Assembly: GCA_966211305.1 (NCBI GenBank)
Contig: CBIHPC010000012.1
Coordinates: forward strand, 44 to 64,043
Length of the DNA stretch: 64,000 bases
Direction of reading: 5' to 3'
Origin: an uncultured Niastella sp.
GTDB taxonomy: Bacteria; Bacteroidota; Bacteroidia; Chitinophagales; Chitinophagaceae
Positions 47,670 to 57,325 of the stretch are shown piece after piece. The notes beneath the pieces are model-generated. The model searched no databases, had not been told where the DNA came from, and worked only from the letters and a program-made list of their open reading frames with translations. Within the stretch, counting starts at the first letter, position 1. Each line of letters opens with the position of its first letter. The position numbers were made by a program, and so were the translations under genes.

Positions 47670-47925
47670 CATCCCAAAGCCGGGAACCAGATAAAATCCA
47701 GGCACCAAACTCCAATACCTCCGGATTTGCCCTTGCCCCTGAATTTGGGATTTAAGGTTTTGGTATTAAGGAGCTGGGATTTGGTATTTGGGCATTTTCT
47801 GGTCCTTGCGATTTGAGATTTTATTTTTTGTGTGCTGTGATTTGGAACTTTATTTTTTGGCATTTGATATTTGGGATTTCAACTTTATTTGGTGCTTGTG
47901 ATTTGATATTTGAGATTTTATTCAT
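47670..47925. repeat. Composite repeat spacer: CCAAA-type words, then about four 30-35-nt degenerate units of GATTTGRGATTT...TTATTTT
   Basis: Examples: gcgatttgagattttattttttgtgtgct / gtgatttggaactttattttttggc / atttgatatttgggatttcaactttatttggtgctt / gtgatttgatatttgagattttattc. The left flank (atcccaaa, aaaatcc, ccaaactccaatacc) is the inverted word set. Confidence 0.8.
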
Positions 47926-47928
47926 GCT

Positions 47929-49680
47929 ATGCTACAAAAGAGATGGAACATACTGACCGCAGATGATGATAAAGTGCAGCAATTGTATGCCAGCCTTAAA
48001 GTACATCCCGTTCTTTGCAAGATCCTCACCCAACGATTTATAAACGATTTCGATAAAGCAAAACAGTTCTTCCGCCCCCAGCTCACAGATCTTCATGATC
48101 CCTGGCTCATGAAGGATATGGACAAAGCAGTTGATCGCATAACAAAAGCTTTCGGTCAACAGGAAAAGATCCTTGTATTCGGAGACTATGATGTTGACGG
48201 AACCACTGCCGTTAGCTGCATGTTACGTTTTCTACAGAAAGTTTATACTTCTGATAAGGTCGACTTCTACATACCCCACCGTTACCGCGAAGGGTATGGT
48301 GTATCCAAAAAGGGGATCGACTTTGCCATCGCGAACGGCTTCACCCTTATTATTTCGCTCGACTGCGGTATAAAATCAGTTGAGCTTATTAAATACGCCC
48401 GGGAAAACGGGATCGACTTTATCGTATGTGACCATCATATGCCCGATGACCTGCTCCCGTCGGCGGTAGCCATATTAAATCCAAAACAAAAAGACTGCCC
48501 CTACCCTTTCAAAGAACTCTGCGGTTGCGGGGTTGGCTTCAAACTGATAACAGCCCTTGCCCGGCATCTTCAGCTCGATGATAGCGTGGCATTTGAGTAC
48601 CTCGATCTGGTTGCAACCGCCATAGCCGCAGATATTGTTCCCATGAATGGTGAGAACAGGGTACTGGCATTTTACGGACTGAAAAAAGCAAACGAAAATC
48701 CCAATTACGGCATTCTGGCCTTAAAACAGCTTAGTGGTGTTCAAAAGGAAATGTATATCAATAGCCTGGTATTCATGATTGCACCCAGGGTAAATGCCGC
48801 CGGTCGTATGGACGATGCCCGGAAAGCCGTGCAGATGTTCATTGCCAACACCCCACAGGAAGCACTGCAGTTTGCAGAAATGTTGCATTCTGACAATACC
48901 GACAGAAAGGAAGCAGATAAAAATATAACGGAAGAAGCCCTGGCCATAATCGAAAACAACGATGGGCTGCGTGCAAGAAAATCAACTGTAGTATTTCAAT
49001 CACACTGGCATAAGGGCGTTGTGGGAATTGTTGCCTCCCGCCTTATCGATTACTACTACCGCCCCACTATTGTACTCACCCAGTCGGGCGAATATGTTGC
49101 AGGCTCTGCCAGAAGCGTGGCGGGCTTCAATGTATATGAAGCCATACATCAATGCAAAGACCTGCTGTTGGGTTATGGCGGTCACTTTTATGCCGCCGGT
49201 ATGACGATGGCGCTCGATAAAGTGGAAGCTTTCAGAGAACGTTTTGAAGAAGTAGTGGCGGCAACCATAACCGACGAATTACTGGTGCCCGAAATTATCA
49301 TCGATGCTGAAGTGGAATTCAAAGACCTTAAGCAGGCCTTTTATAACATCATTCATCAGATGGAACCGTTTGGACCCGAGAACATGCGGCCCTTATTTGT
49401 TGTAAGGAACGTTACCGATTCGGGCTACTCGCGTATTGTGAAAGAACAGCATATCAAGTTCTCATTGCGGCAGGGCAATATCCTGTTCAATGGAATCGGT
49501 TTTGGTATGGCCAGAAAATTTCATATACTTGAGTCGAAAAAACCGGTAGATGTTGTTTTTACGTTAGATGAGAATGAATGGAACAATGAAAAACACTTAC
49601 AGCTCAGGGTTATAGATTTCAGGTTGGCGGAAGAAAAGGAAACATTGCAAAAACCTGCAACCGCTTTATCACAGCAATAG
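47929..49680 (+). CDS. recJ: Single-stranded-DNA-specific exonuclease RecJ
   Basis: 583 aa with DHH-family motifs VFGDYDVDGTTA, SLDCG and VCDHH. Confidence 0.9.
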   Translation: MLQKRWNILTADDDKVQQLYASLKVHPVLCKILTQRFINDFDKAKQFFRPQLTDLHDPWLMKDMDKAVDRITKAFGQQEKILVFGDYDVDGTTAVSCMLRFLQKVYTSDKVDFYIPHRYREGYGVSKKGIDFAIANGFTLIISLDCGIKSVELIKYARENGIDFIVCDHHMPDDLLPSAVAILNPKQKDCPYPFKELCGCGVGFKLITALARHLQLDDSVAFEYLDLVATAIAADIVPMNGENRVLAFYGLKKANENPNYGILALKQLSGVQKEMYINSLVFMIAPRVNAAGRMDDARKAVQMFIANTPQEALQFAEMLHSDNTDRKEADKNITEEALAIIENNDGLRARKSTVVFQSHWHKGVVGIVASRLIDYYYRPTIVLTQSGEYVAGSARSVAGFNVYEAIHQCKDLLLGYGGHFYAAGMTMALDKVEAFRERFEEVVAATITDELLVPEIIIDAEVEFKDLKQAFYNIIHQMEPFGPENMRPLFVVRNVTDSGYSRIVKEQHIKFSLRQGNILFNGIGFGMARKFHILESKKPVDVVFTLDENEWNNEKHLQLRVIDFRLAEEKETLQKPATALSQQ

Positions 49681-49909
49681 CAGTTTGTGTACCCTGAAGT
49701 TTATGAACATTCGTTCGGTTTTACGCCTCCTTCCAGGTTTTAGCCATTCATCATTAAGCTGTCCGCATTAACAAACCATACCCGGAAAAGGTTTGCCGTT
49801 TAAAATTTTATGGTACAATAATATTTTCAGCGCTAGGAGTTTGCCATTATTATAATATTTTTACTACCCACCCACAGGGTTGGTTTTCACCTGCTACCAA
49901 TGTGATTGT

Positions 49910-50803
49910 ATGAAAAATAACCAGGCACAGATTCCAGTATATGATATGGCAGCCTGTATACCAGGCACCAATTTCATTATAAAAAGAACCGAAGGAAACT
50001 CCGTACCATCTTATATGGCCATTCCACACAGGCATACTGATTACAAGATCAGTTTTCTGCAGGAAGGCGAAGTAACACATTATACCGACTTTGAGAAATA
50101 TACCATCAAGGCGCCGGCCTTATTGATGCTTGCTCCCGATCAGGTGCATCAGCAAACGGGAAACTCCTACTACAAAATGATGCATATCTCCTTCAACAAA
50201 GAGTTCCTGCTTACCGAAACTCAGGGTGTTCTTGCCTGTTGGGAATGTATGTTCAGCCAGGTAGTACTACCGGTACTGAATTCAGAACAGATGCAGGAGA
50301 TCTCAGTTTATCTTGAACTGATGTATCAGGAATTCAAGGATAACAAACCACAAAAAGGCCTTATACTCAAGAACCTGCTGAACGCATTTATTATATGCGC
50401 TGGCAGGTTGGTAAATTGCAAGAATGACACTGCTGCTGTGCCCGCAGTAGTTGTAAATATGGACTACTCACAAAACCGCATAGTACGTCAATTCAAATCA
50501 CTCATAGATGAAAATTTTGTAAACGCTACCCAGGTAACACAATATGCCGACATGCTATATGTTACACCCGGACATTTAAACGACCTGATAAAAACAGTTA
50601 CCGGAAAAACAGCTAAACAGATCATTGATGAAAGAAGGATACTGGAAGCCAAACGTTTGTTATTCTGGGGCGAACATTCGGTAAAAGAAATTGCCGGCAG
50701 GTTAAACTTTGAGGACGATGCTTACTTTAACCGGTTCTTTAAAAAACATACCGGGAATACACCTGCCCTGTTCCAAAGACAAATCCGGGAAAAGTACAAT
50801 TAA
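49910..50803 (+). CDS. AraC-family transcriptional regulator
   Basis: I moved the start to MKNNQAQ. The C-terminal double HTH reads AKQIIDERRILEAKRLL....VKEIAGRLNFEDDAYFNRFFKKHTGNTP. Confidence 0.85.
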   Translation: MKNNQAQIPVYDMAACIPGTNFIIKRTEGNSVPSYMAIPHRHTDYKISFLQEGEVTHYTDFEKYTIKAPALLMLAPDQVHQQTGNSYYKMMHISFNKEFLLTETQGVLACWECMFSQVVLPVLNSEQMQEISVYLELMYQEFKDNKPQKGLILKNLLNAFIICAGRLVNCKNDTAAVPAVVVNMDYSQNRIVRQFKSLIDENFVNATQVTQYADMLYVTPGHLNDLIKTVTGKTAKQIIDERRILEAKRLLFWGEHSVKEIAGRLNFEDDAYFNRFFKKHTGNTPALFQRQIREKYN

Positions 50804-51109
50804 TCCCCCAATAAGGTAAATCCACAACTTGCCAATCGTTACTACTTTTACTGGATGATTAACGGGCAGGTTATGTAATAGAAGTTTAGCACTATCCAAC
50901 AGCATGGCTTTGGCTACCTGGTAATTAATATTTAATTCTGCAATCAACTATCTCCGGAAACCTGGAATCGTTCTACGTACCTGACGCCAACTGATCCCGG
51001 TGCACTGCTACGCATTTAAACCTGCGCAGATCTATGCTGCTGCGCTGTAGCTTATTAAAGTACGATATGCTTGTCCTTAACGATTTATTGTATGTCTATT
51101 AAACCATGT

Positions 51110-52291
51110 ATGATGAAACCTTTAGATACCAATCGGTCTAATTACGGCTTGGTAAAGATGATCACAGCAATCAGTGTTGCAACAGTTTTATATAGTTGCG
51201 GCAATACCACAGCCAACCCCCAAATGGCGCCACAACAGGCAATGCCATTACCAGTAGTACCCGTAACCACCACATCAGCTACTACTTACAGAGAATATCC
51301 GGCCTCGCTGGAAGGAAAAGTGAACGTTGAGATAAGACCTCAGGTGGAAGGCTATCTCGAAAAGATCTATGTTGATGAAGGGGCTTATGTAAAAGCAGGC
51401 CAGCCGCTTTTCAAAGTAGATGCGCGCATTTACAATGAAGCGTTGAACGCTGCAAAATCAAACCTGCTTGCTGCTAAAGCCAACGTGGCCAAAGCACAGG
51501 TAGATGTTGACCGCCTTGGTCCGCTGGTTGAGAACAAGGTGATCTCTGAAGTGCAGCTCAAAACCGCGCGCGCCGCATACGATGCAGCAGTAGCTGCTGA
51601 AGAACAGGCAAAAGCCGCAGTTGGCAACGCACAGATCAACATCGGGTATACGCTGGTAAAAGCTCCTGTCAGCGGTTATATCGGAAGAATTCCGTTCAAG
51701 ACCGGCGCCCTTGTCAGCAAGAGCGATGCGTTAACAGTGCTGTCAGACATTCGTGAGATGTATGCCTATTTCTCACTGAGCGAGCCTGATTTCATTGCTT
51801 TCAAAAATCAGTTCCCCGGCAATTCGATCGAGGAAAAAGTGAAAGCCGTTCCTGCAGTTGAACTGGCGCTGGCCGACAACAGCATCTATCCTTCCAAAGG
51901 AAAGATAGGTTCTATCGAAGGCCAGTTCGATAAATCAACCGGAGCTATCAGTTTCCGCGCCACCTTCCCTAACCCCGGCGGCATCATTCGCACCGGTAAT
52001 ACCGGTAAAGTGCGTATTCCTCAACAGTTCAATGATGCACTCATTGTACCAATGGAATCCACCTTTGATGTACAGGATAAAGTGTTCGTTTTCGTTGTAG
52101 GCGACAGTAATAAAGTTACAAGCAGGCCCATCACTATTACCGGAAAAACAACCAACTATTACTTTGTGAAAGATGGCGTTAAGGCCGGTGATAAAATTGT
52201 GTTCCAGGGCGTAGGCAACCTGCAGGATGGCATGGCGATCGCGCCCCAGCCAATGAGTGCAGACAGCCTGCTGAAAGCGAAACCTTTATAA
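51110..52291 (+). CDS. RND efflux periplasmic adaptor (membrane fusion protein) lipoprotein
   Basis: The start is most likely MMKPL... with lipobox VLYSC. It has a coiled-coil hairpin (AAKANVAKAQVDVDRL...) and the barrel motif APVSGYIG. Confidence 0.85.
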   Translation: MMKPLDTNRSNYGLVKMITAISVATVLYSCGNTTANPQMAPQQAMPLPVVPVTTTSATTYREYPASLEGKVNVEIRPQVEGYLEKIYVDEGAYVKAGQPLFKVDARIYNEALNAAKSNLLAAKANVAKAQVDVDRLGPLVENKVISEVQLKTARAAYDAAVAAEEQAKAAVGNAQINIGYTLVKAPVSGYIGRIPFKTGALVSKSDALTVLSDIREMYAYFSLSEPDFIAFKNQFPGNSIEEKVKAVPAVELALADNSIYPSKGKIGSIEGQFDKSTGAISFRATFPNPGGIIRTGNTGKVRIPQQFNDALIVPMESTFDVQDKVFVFVVGDSNKVTSRPITITGKTTNYYFVKDGVKAGDKIVFQGVGNLQDGMAIAPQPMSADSLLKAKPL

Positions 52292-52452
52292 TTCACGAAG
52301 CAGGACGCCCCGACGTAATTAGCCGGGGCAGGTAAGAAGTATGAGGTCAGAGGAATATTATCTCTGCCTACAGGGAGTCTTTGCGCCTGATTTCGCCATA
52401 ACACCCGATTCTTACCAACGACATCAGACTTCAAATTCAAATTCATTCACTC

Positions 52453-55400
52453 ATGTTAAGAAGATTCATCGAAAGACCGGTTCTGTCAACGGTAGTTTCT
52501 ATCATTCTGCTTTTATTGGGCGGACTATCGTTGTACACGTTGCCAGTTACGCTGTTCCCCGATATTGCACCGCCAAGTGTGCAGGTAACAGCCCTCTACC
52601 CTGGCGCCAATGCCGAGGTAGTTGCCCGTTCCGTGGCTACCCCGCTGGAAGAAGCCATCAACGGTGTGGAGAACATGACCTACATGACCTCCAACTCCAG
52701 TAACGACGGTAGTATGACGCTTACCGTTTATTTCAAACAGGGTACCGATCCCGATATCGCTTCTGTGAACGTACAGAACAGGGTATCGAAAGCTATCAGC
52801 CAGGTGCCTACGGAAGTGGTACAGGCAGGTATTTCCACTCAAAAAGTACAGAACAGTATCATCATGTTCGTGGCGCTGTCGAGCGACGACAAAACGAAAT
52901 ACGATGAACTGTTCCTCGAAAACTATATCAAGATCAACCTTATTCCGGCCGTACAACGTGTACCCGGTGTAGGCCAGGCCCTGGTTTTCGGTACCAAGGA
53001 TTACTCCATGCGTATCTGGCTGAAGCCCGACCGTTTGATCGCCAATAACCTGTCGCCACAGGATGTACTGGGCGCCATCAGAGACCAGAACCTTGAAGCC
53101 GCTCCCGGCCGTTTGGGTCAAAGCAGCAAGGAAGTGTACGAATATGTTTTAAAATACAAGGGAAAACTGAACCAGGGTGAAGAGTATGAGAACATGATCA
53201 TAAAGGCCAACCCCGATGGTTCCATGTTGCGCCTGAAAGATGTGGCCCGCGTTGAATTCGGTTCCTACACCTACTCTACCAATGCCCGAATGGATGGTAC
53301 GCCGGTGTCGGGTTTTGCCGTATTCCAAACTGCCGGTTCAAACGCCAACGATATCCTTACAGAAGTAGAACGGTTGTTGAGTGAGTTTGAGAAAACCTTA
53401 CCGAAGGGTCTTAAAACAACCGTGATGTACAACTCCAAGGAGTTTCTCGATGCCTCTATTGATCAGGTAACGGAAACCCTGGTGATCGCCTTCATACTGG
53501 TGTTCATCGTTGTATTCATCTTCCTGCAGGATTTCAGATCAACACTGATCCCCGCCATAGCAGTTCCTGTGGCCATCATAGGTACCTTCTTCTTCATGCA
53601 GCTGTTCGGCTTTACCATCAACCTGCTCACCCTGTTCGCCCTTGTACTGGCAATTGGTGTGGTGGTGGATGACGCCATTGTGGTTGTGGAAGCGGTACAC
53701 TCGAAAATGGAGCGAACGAACATGCCGGCCCGCGCAGCTACCATTCAGTCAATGAGTGAGATCTCCGGCGCCATCATCTCCATTACGCTGGTAATGGCCG
53801 CGGTGTTCATTCCTGTAGGTTTCATGCAGGGCCCTGCCGGCGTGTTCTACAGGCAGTTCGCCTTTACCCTGGCCATAGCCATCCTTATTTCAGCCGTAAA
53901 CGCATTAACCCTGAGCCCTGCATTGTGCGCCCTGTTCCTGAAGAACCCGCATGCCGGTGAAGGACATGGCCCCAAAAAAGGCTTTATGAGCCGCTTTTAT
54001 GCCGGTTTCAATGCAGGCTTCAATGGAATGACCAACAGGTATGTTCGCAGCCTTAAATTCCTGGTACGCCGTAAATGGGTTGCCATTACCGGCCTGGTGC
54101 TTATCGCCGCCACCGCATTCTTCCTGTTGAAAAAAGCGCCTACGGGCTTCATTCCTACAGAAGACCAGGGTTTCGTACTGTTTGCGGTGAACACCCCTCC
54201 GGGCAGCTCGCTCGAACGTACACACGAAGCAACTCTGCAAATAGACAGTATCATAAAGCAGGATCCCGCCTATAGTCACCTGTACGTGATAGACGGTTTG
54301 AACTTCATCAGCAATGCGAACGCATCGCCTTATGCCGCCGGTTTTATGCGGTTGAAAGATTATGATGAAAGAGGACCGGTTAAAAATCCTGATCAGATCG
54401 CAGCCGGCCTGGTTGGTAAAGTAGCTCAGGTGAAAGGCGCGCAGGCCTTCTTCTTCAATTTCCCTACTGTACAGGGTTTCGGTAACGTGAGCGGTTTCGA
54501 GTTCATGTTGCAGGACCGCACCAACGGCCCGCTCGATAAACTGGGCGGAACCGCATGGCAGTTCATAGGCGCATTGATGCAAAGACCTGAGATCGGATTT
54601 GCCTTTACCACTTTTGCCGCCAATAACCCGCAATTCTCCATTGAAGTGGATTACCAGAAGGCCAAACAACTGGGCGTATCGGTAACAGAACTGATGCAAA
54701 CCATGCAGATCTATTACGGTAGCAGCTTCGTTACTGACTTCAACCGGTTCGGTAAATATTACCGTGTTATGGCGCAGGCAGAAGCCCCGTTCCGTAATGA
54801 TATAAATTCACTGGAAGGTATATATGTTAAGAACAACCAGGGTGAAATGGTTCCGGCCAAAACACTGGTAACGTTGAAACGCGTGTACGGACCGGAAACC
54901 GTTACCCGCAACAACCTGTTCAATGCCGTTACCATCAACGGTTCACCGAAACCAGGTTTCAGTACCGGTGACGCCATTAAGGCCATTGAAGAAACCGCTA
55001 AAAAAGTATTGCCAAGAGGTTACTCATATGAGTGGACAGGTGTAACCCGTGAGGAAATTAAAACGGGGAACCAGCAGGCGTTCATCTTCCTGCTGAGCGT
55101 ATTGTTCGTTTACTTCCTGCTGGCAGCCCAATACGAAAGTTACATTCTGCCGCTGGCCGTTATCTTAACGGTTCCTACCGGTATATTGGGCGTATTTGCT
55201 TTCATTGGTTTTGCCGGTATCGACAACAACATTTACGTTCAGATCGGTTTGATCATGCTTGTAGGTTTGCTGGCCAAGAACGCGATCCTGATCGTGGAAT
55301 ATGCGGTTCAACGCAGAAGAAGCGGTATGGGCCTTATCGACGCGGCACTGGAAGCATCGAGGCTCAGGCTTCGTCCTATCCTCATGACCTCCTTTGCCTT

Positions 55401-55629
55401 TATCGTTGGTCTGTTACCACTGGTATGGACACATGGCGCCTCGGCCCTTGGTAACCACTCGATAGGTGTAAGTGCCATCGGAGGTATGCTTACCGGGGTA
55501 ATACTTGGCGTATTCCTGATCCCCGTGCTGTTTGTGATCTTCCAGTACTTGCAGGAAAAGGTACAGCGCAGACCGGTCTTCGACCAAACCAATTTGCCAG
55601 ATGCCGAAGCAGCAACTGTAAAACATTGA
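52453..55629 (+). CDS. RND (HAE1, AcrB/MexB-type) efflux permease
   Basis: 1058 aa. The sequence starts MLRRFIERPVLSTVVSIILLL, has a 12-TM architecture and carries the VVDDAIVVVE motif. Confidence 0.9.
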   Translation: MLRRFIERPVLSTVVSIILLLLGGLSLYTLPVTLFPDIAPPSVQVTALYPGANAEVVARSVATPLEEAINGVENMTYMTSNSSNDGSMTLTVYFKQGTDPDIASVNVQNRVSKAISQVPTEVVQAGISTQKVQNSIIMFVALSSDDKTKYDELFLENYIKINLIPAVQRVPGVGQALVFGTKDYSMRIWLKPDRLIANNLSPQDVLGAIRDQNLEAAPGRLGQSSKEVYEYVLKYKGKLNQGEEYENMIIKANPDGSMLRLKDVARVEFGSYTYSTNARMDGTPVSGFAVFQTAGSNANDILTEVERLLSEFEKTLPKGLKTTVMYNSKEFLDASIDQVTETLVIAFILVFIVVFIFLQDFRSTLIPAIAVPVAIIGTFFFMQLFGFTINLLTLFALVLAIGVVVDDAIVVVEAVHSKMERTNMPARAATIQSMSEISGAIISITLVMAAVFIPVGFMQGPAGVFYRQFAFTLAIAILISAVNALTLSPALCALFLKNPHAGEGHGPKKGFMSRFYAGFNAGFNGMTNRYVRSLKFLVRRKWVAITGLVLIAATAFFLLKKAPTGFIPTEDQGFVLFAVNTPPGSSLERTHEATLQIDSIIKQDPAYSHLYVIDGLNFISNANASPYAAGFMRLKDYDERGPVKNPDQIAAGLVGKVAQVKGAQAFFFNFPTVQGFGNVSGFEFMLQDRTNGPLDKLGGTAWQFIGALMQRPEIGFAFTTFAANNPQFSIEVDYQKAKQLGVSVTELMQTMQIYYGSSFVTDFNRFGKYYRVMAQAEAPFRNDINSLEGIYVKNNQGEMVPAKTLVTLKRVYGPETVTRNNLFNAVTINGSPKPGFSTGDAIKAIEETAKKVLPRGYSYEWTGVTREEIKTGNQQAFIFLLSVLFVYFLLAAQYESYILPLAVILTVPTGILGVFAFIGFAGIDNNIYVQIGLIMLVGLLAKNAILIVEYAVQRRRSGMGLIDAALEASRLRLRPILMTSFAFIVGLLPLVWTHGASALGNHSIGVSAIGGMLTGVILGVFLIPVLFVIFQYLQEKVQRRPVFDQTNLPDAEAATVKH

Positions 55630-55702
55630 TAAATCAAAGATCAGGGTGTACCATTTCGCCCGTTAGCGGAATGGTACACTCAATAACCTAAATAAGGAGA
55701 TA

Positions 55703-57118
55703 ATGCGAAAAAGTAATATCACTATTTATTCCACCCTGGCATTGATAGCGCTGTTGGCGGCCTGTCGCATGGGTAAAGATTACCAGCGCTCCGACCTGGC
55801 TTTACCTGCCCAGTTCGCCAATTCCACAGCACCGTCCGATTCCAGCGTGGCTGATATGGAATGGAAAAAATTCTTTTCTGATCCTGCCCTGCAATCGCTC
55901 ATAGACCATGCATTGCAAAACAGCTTTGACGTACAACTGGCGGTAAAACGGGTTGATGAAGCACGCGCCTACGCCAACCAGGCAAAGGTTAACTGGGCCC
56001 CCACCATACAGGCACAGATAAACGTTTCTTCAACATTCCCTTCTGAGAACAGTTTGAACGGCTTAAGCCTGAAGACCTTCCTTGGTAAAAGTCATTTAGA
56101 GGATTATACATTAGGCGCCGGCTTAACATGGGAAATTGACATTTGGGGAAAATTGCGCCGCCAACGCGAAGCTGCAGGCGCCGTATTGCTGCAATCATAT
56201 GAAGCCAGCAGAGCAGTGCAAACAGCCGTAGTGGCAAACATCGCCAGCAGCTATTTCAATTTGCTGATGCTCGATGCACAGCTGGCCATTGCCCGCCGCA
56301 ATGTGAGCCTCGGCGATTCCATCGTTCAGATCATCAAACTGCAAAAAGCGGCCGGCGAAGTGAGCGAACTGGCAGTACAACAGGCAACCGCGCAACAACA
56401 AACAGCGGCCATTCTGGTGCCCCAGATCGAGCAACAAATAGCCATTCAGGAAAACGCCATCCGTATATTGAGCGGCGACCAGCCCGGCCCCGTTACCCGT
56501 ACAGCACAACTAAGCAACTATAAAGTATGGGAAAGTTTACCTGCCGGCATACCCGCCGCTATGGTAAGTCGCCGGCCCGATGTTCGCACTACCGAAATGG
56601 CGCTTGTAGCCGCCAATGCCCGGGTAGGTATTGCTGAAGCCAGTATGTACCCTGCCATAAGCATTACAGCTAATGGCGGCATTAACGCTTATCAGTTCAG
56701 TAAGTGGTTCAACATACCAGCTTCGCTGTTCGCTACAGGCGTTGCCGGTTTAACGCAACCGATCTTCGCCCGTAAGGCCTTAAAAACTCAGTTTGAAGTA
56801 GCTAAGATCCAACGCGACCAGGCAGCCATCACCTTCCGCCAGTCGGCTACTGCCGCCCTCGGCGAAGTATCGAATGCACTGGTTCAGCTTGATAAACTGA
56901 AAACGCAATACCAGCTCACTACTGATAAAGTAAATACATTACGTGGTGCTATTGGTAATGCAGAGCTTTTATTTAAAAGCGGTTTGGCCAACTACCTCGA
57001 AGTGATCACCGCACAGGGCAGCCTGTTACAGGCAGAATTAAACCAGGTGACCGTAGAACGCGATCAGCTCAACGCAATGGTTGAACTGTACAGATCGCTC
57101 GGCGGCGGTTGGAAATAA
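55703..57118 (+). CDS. Efflux outer-membrane factor lipoprotein (NodT/OprM family)
   Basis: 471 aa with lipobox LLAAC, the motif WEIDIWGKLRR and the C-terminal LYRSLGGGW. Confidence 0.9.
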   Translation: MRKSNITIYSTLALIALLAACRMGKDYQRSDLALPAQFANSTAPSDSSVADMEWKKFFSDPALQSLIDHALQNSFDVQLAVKRVDEARAYANQAKVNWAPTIQAQINVSSTFPSENSLNGLSLKTFLGKSHLEDYTLGAGLTWEIDIWGKLRRQREAAGAVLLQSYEASRAVQTAVVANIASSYFNLLMLDAQLAIARRNVSLGDSIVQIIKLQKAAGEVSELAVQQATAQQQTAAILVPQIEQQIAIQENAIRILSGDQPGPVTRTAQLSNYKVWESLPAGIPAAMVSRRPDVRTTEMALVAANARVGIAEASMYPAISITANGGINAYQFSKWFNIPASLFATGVAGLTQPIFARKALKTQFEVAKIQRDQAAITFRQSATAALGEVSNALVQLDKLKTQYQLTTDKVNTLRGAIGNAELLFKSGLANYLEVITAQGSLLQAELNQVTVERDQLNAMVELYRSLGGGWK

Positions 57119-57269
57119 TTAGCTAATGTGATAATTCGATAATGTGATAATGGAATACAGTACCGATAATGAATATCGTGAATGCAAGAGCAAAATGCAT
57201 TTAAAAGAAAGGAAGCGTAAATTAAGAGCGGTATTACTACGAAAGGATAATTGGTTTAGTAGGTAAAAT

Positions 57270-57307
57270 AAAAAAGCCATCAGTTTAATAGCTGATGGCT
57301 TTTTTTA
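57270..57307. terminator. Bidirectional rho-independent terminator (efflux operon and htpG are convergent)
   Basis: AAAAAAGCCATCAG-tttaata-GCTGATGGCTTTTTTT. Confidence 0.9.
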
Positions 57308-57325
57308 TTGTTATGCTTTTAAAGC

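Noticed and set aside
47666-47863. A 65-aa minus-strand ORF, and likewise the plus-strand ORFs at 8773-9128.
   Set aside because: Both lie wholly in word-repeat spacers with low-complexity translations. In the second case the minus-strand amidohydrolase relic explains the region better.
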